Part shown: positions 29,007-32,000 of the stretch, in pieces
How positions within the stretch are numbered: the first letter of the stretch is position 1
Layout of the letters: each line of letters opens with the position of its first letter
DNA from: Wolbachia endosymbiont of Dirofilaria (Dirofilaria) immitis
GTDB taxonomy: Bacteria; Pseudomonadota; Alphaproteobacteria; Rickettsiales; Anaplasmataceae
NCBI RefSeq assembly: GCF_013365455.1
Contig: NZ_CP046578.1
Coordinates: 750,001 to 782,000 of the forward strand
Direction of reading: 5' to 3'
DNA length: 32,000 nt
Notes under the pieces: generated by a model
Databases searched by the model: none
What the model was told of the DNA's origin: nothing
The model's input: the letters and a program-made list of their open reading frames with translations, nothing else
Translations under genes and position numbers: made by a program

Positions 29007-30386
29007 CAAAATGAAGAACATAATAATAGCTATTAAAATTACAGTAAAACTTGACATAAATTTAAGCAACATCTCATTTAATTATGAGATTATATTACCA
29101 AACACAGCCTACAGCAATGATATATTAGATTTAGAAACATTTACTTATATATTAAGATAATAAACAAAAATGTACTCACCAATTCTTTTTTTTTGAAATT
29201 TATTTACTAACATATAAAGAATCTGTTGTATTATCTTAGATATCTAATAATCTTTAATTCTTAAATAAAGTTTTTCATAGAATATAAGTAGAAATAACAA
29301 TCTGAAAACTTAATAATCCTACATTTAAATAAAGAAGAGAATTGACTTAGGCCCAAAAACTAAAGACTACAATATGCATTGTGTCTCAAAAAATACTACT
29401 TTTGAAGATTCATTTGCTGATAGAAGTAATAGAAAGCTGCAAAAAGAAATTTTTGGCCAAGCAAAACCTGAACGTAAGAACAATAATGTTACACTTGCTA
29501 TTTATATTAACATCAACGCGAATTTTCAAAAAGGTACAAAAAAGTAAGGAAGCATGATGAAATAGAAAATTTCCTACTTAAACTAAGGTTTATAGTCAAT
29601 CAACACAATCATTTAGGATGATTATATCTTCTTATTAAGAAAGAAATAGAGAACATAGTTAAAATATCAGACAAAAGACATTTTTTTTACATAGTTTTTA
29701 ACTCCACACTCAGAAAAGTAGAAAAGTAACAGTAAAAACGTAGGTGGCAAAGTTTTCTTATCTAACAAGAAAAGACAATCATCTAAAGAAAATTATAGAA
29801 CACTTTTATAGTCTCAAACATAAAAAAATCTAGATGAATTTTGGCAAACCTCCATCTAAAGTTAGAATCCTGTTCAAAGTAAATTCTAAAAATATAAAGG
29901 AACCATTGACTATACACAACTCAAGCAGATTATTGATAAAAACGTTAAGTTATTTACCCTTAATTTTAGCATAAGCAAATACCCGTATAAAGAAGCTCAT
30001 ATATAAATATACCAAATTGTTTAAAATACTTCTACTTAGTGCTAATAGAAAAAGATCATCTTGGAGATTTATTAAATAAATCGATGATAGACACTCTGAT
30101 TTTAGGTGATCTGAGAAAGCAAAAACGTCAATTTGAAACAGCTTCTCTAATTAAAAAGAAATAACATAAACCTAGATCATTTTGAAGTTGTTAAACCATC
30201 CACAAATTTCAGTACCGTTTACTGTTTTCTGGATAGTTTTCAAAAAGCAAAAGAACCATTTAAATGAGACTTACCTATTCTCAAAAAGCATCATATAGCT
30301 AACCACCCAGGAAGTCATTAAACTATTGATAAAACTAGATGACATTTAGTTTTTTAGCAATAATGAATTAACAAGAACTCATTGTA

Positions 30387-31541
30387 TTATACTCCTAAAA
30401 TTAATCTATTAGGATCTTCTATATAATTTTTTATTTTAACAAGAAAAGTTACTGCTCCTTTACCGTCAACTATTTTGTGATCGTAAGAAAGAGCAATATA
30501 CATTGTAGGCCTAATTTCAATTGAGTTGCCTACAGCAACTGGCTTGTTCTGTATCGAATGCATTCCAAGTATTCCAGATTGTGGAGGATTTATTATTGGA
30601 GTGGAAAAAAGAGAACCGTACACTCCACCGTTTGAGATGGTGAATGTTGCACCTTCCATCTCCGATACTTGCAACTTACCTTCTCTGGCTCTTTTGCTAA
30701 GAGCAGCCAAAGCTAATTCGATTTCCGCAAATGATATCTGATCAGCACTTCGAATAACTGGCACAACAAGACCCTTATCAGTGCCAACAGCAACGCCTAT
30801 GTCATAGTAATGTTTATATACAATTTCATCACCTGAAATTTCAGCGTTAACTTCAGGAATTTCTTTTAAAGCTTGTACTGCTGCTTTTATAAAAAAGGGC
30901 ATAAAACCTAACTTTATTCCATATTTCTTTTCGAAAGTTTCCTTATATTTTGCTCTCAGATTTACTACACTTTGCATATCAACCTCATTAAATGTAGTCA
31001 GTATCGCAGCAGTGTTTTGTGAAGCCTTTAAACGAGCAGCAATTATTTGCCTTATTCTACTCATTTTTACTCGTTTTTCTCTTTGCTTTTCACTTGCTAA
31101 ACTTTTTGGCAGTTCATACATTACAGGCTGTTTTATTTTGCTCATATAGTCATCCACATCTGCTTTCGTTATTCTGCCTCCCATTCCAGTCCCTTTGATA
31201 CTCCCAGTACTGATTGCATTCTCTCCCATAATTTTATAAGCTGATGGAGCGTCTTTTCTAATAGAGGTTTTACCTTGATCTTCTTGTTGTACCTCTATCA
31301 CAGAAAGCTTCGCTAACAATTGACCTGGACTTATTACATCATCTTCTTTTACAAGAAATTCAGTTATTTGCCCTGAAGCTTCTGCAGTTAATTCAAGTGC
31401 TGCTTTGTCAGTTTCAACTTCAAAGATTAAGTCATCTACCTCTACTGTTTCACCAATACCTTTCTTTATTTTGACTATACCTTCCGTGACCGATTCGCCA
31501 CCAAGAGTTTCCGGCGCTCTGATTTCTATAATTTTACCCAT
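30387..31541 (-). CDS. sucB: dihydrolipoamide succinyltransferase (E2 of 2-oxoglutarate dehydrogenase)
   Basis: It has a lipoyl domain with [11 protein letters not shown], a peripheral subunit-binding domain ([31 protein letters not shown]) and a catalytic domain ending in SYDHKIVDG (DHxxxDG). The ORF track starts at GTG 31556. ATG 31541 is preceded by GGAAGG with a 7-nt spacer and gives [10 protein letters not shown], so I prefer it (384 aa). Confidence 0.9.
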   Translation of the reverse strand: MGKIIEIRAPETLGGESVTEGIVKIKKGIGETVEVDDLIFEVETDKAALELTAEASGQITEFLVKEDDVISPGQLLAKLSVIEVQQEDQGKTSIRKDAPSAYKIMGENAISTGSIKGTGMGGRITKADVDDYMSKIKQPVMYELPKSLASEKQREKRVKMSRIRQIIAARLKASQNTAAILTTFNEVDMQSVVNLRAKYKETFEKKYGIKLGFMPFFIKAAVQALKEIPEVNAEISGDEIVYKHYYDIGVAVGTDKGLVVPVIRSADQISFAEIELALAALSKRAREGKLQVSEMEGATFTISNGGVYGSLFSTPIINPPQSGILGMHSIQNKPVAVGNSIEIRPTMYIALSYDHKIVDGKGAVTFLVKIKNYIEDPNRLILGV

Positions 31542-32000
31542 AAAACAACCTTCCACAAAAACTTGCTATAATTTTATACATAAAAAGAAGCATACAATAA
31601 ACTAATAAATTTATTTAAGATTAAAAAGAAGCCTATTACAACTTGCTTTTTACTAGTTTAGCCCATGTATGTCAATCTCACTTACAAAGACTACTCTCGG
31701 AAGAAAAAAGATCCTCTACAACTTTTAAGCAAACTTCTTCACTCAGAATTGACAATTCTACCCTTACTCACCGCCAACATTAAACACTGAGTTTTGTAAG
31801 CTTTCCTAAGTAACATATATAAAAAACATTACCTCTTGCATAGTCCAACCATATGTTATAGATCCATTGATTTGCACTAAGACATAACAAAACTCTTCTT
31901 CAAAATCAGCTATTAAATGGATAAATATAAAAAGATCTTTGATCTCCAAAGCGCCAATAGACAAGTACATACACAGTTACTCGTTCCAGGTAAGATAAAA

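Noticed and set aside
1-32000. Search for CRISPR arrays, IS elements or transposases, integrons, rRNA, tmRNA, prophage, toxin-antitoxin or defence gene clusters
   Set aside because: I saw no regularly spaced direct repeats, no transposase, integrase or nuclease-type ORFs, and no GC-rich structured-RNA islands other than the three tRNAs. All long ORFs are core housekeeping genes.

Overview
This is an AT-rich bacterial chromosomal window (roughly 30% G+C by eye). I can support 18 intact housekeeping CDS and 3 tRNAs. I recognise no rRNA, CRISPR array, transposase, integrase, phage, toxin-antitoxin or defence genes. The CDS are aspS, a ProP-like MHS transporter, infC, thrS, nuoI, fabI, RNase J, nuoF, nth, an alphaproteobacterial-type icd with a C-terminal extension, qor, uvrD, trxA, a short RNase D-like exonuclease, bamE, nrdB, secA and sucB. 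The tRNAs are Pro(UGG), a CAU-anticodon tRNA and Gly(GCC). The gene content, scattered singleton nuo genes and low G+C suggest an obligate intracellular Rickettsiales genome, most like Anaplasmataceae or Ehrlichia; this is inference and was not verified by any search. I did not find a convincing new multi-gene system. The unusual signal is architectural. Bases 1-8935 are tightly packed: by my coordinates 529 nt (about 6%) is non-coding, with gaps of 5-238 nt. From 8936 onward the same kind of genes sit as singletons or pairs, separated by nine ORF-poor spacers of 0.4-2.55 kb (9877 nt, about 43% of that part). These spacers differ in base composition, and two of them contain statistically unlikely perfect inverted repeats: a 28-nt palindrome at 13275-13302 and a 15-bp-arm repeat at 25771-25812. 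Two terminator-like hairpins have no gene to terminate, and there is one tetranucleotide microsatellite. The spacers are the best places to look for unannotated RNAs, regulatory DNA or gene relics. Smaller oddities: infC has an obligatory non-AUG start, nuoI-thrS-infC form a tightly coupled unit, thioredoxin has a CRPC active site, and an in-frame hydrophobic extension lies upstream of secA.
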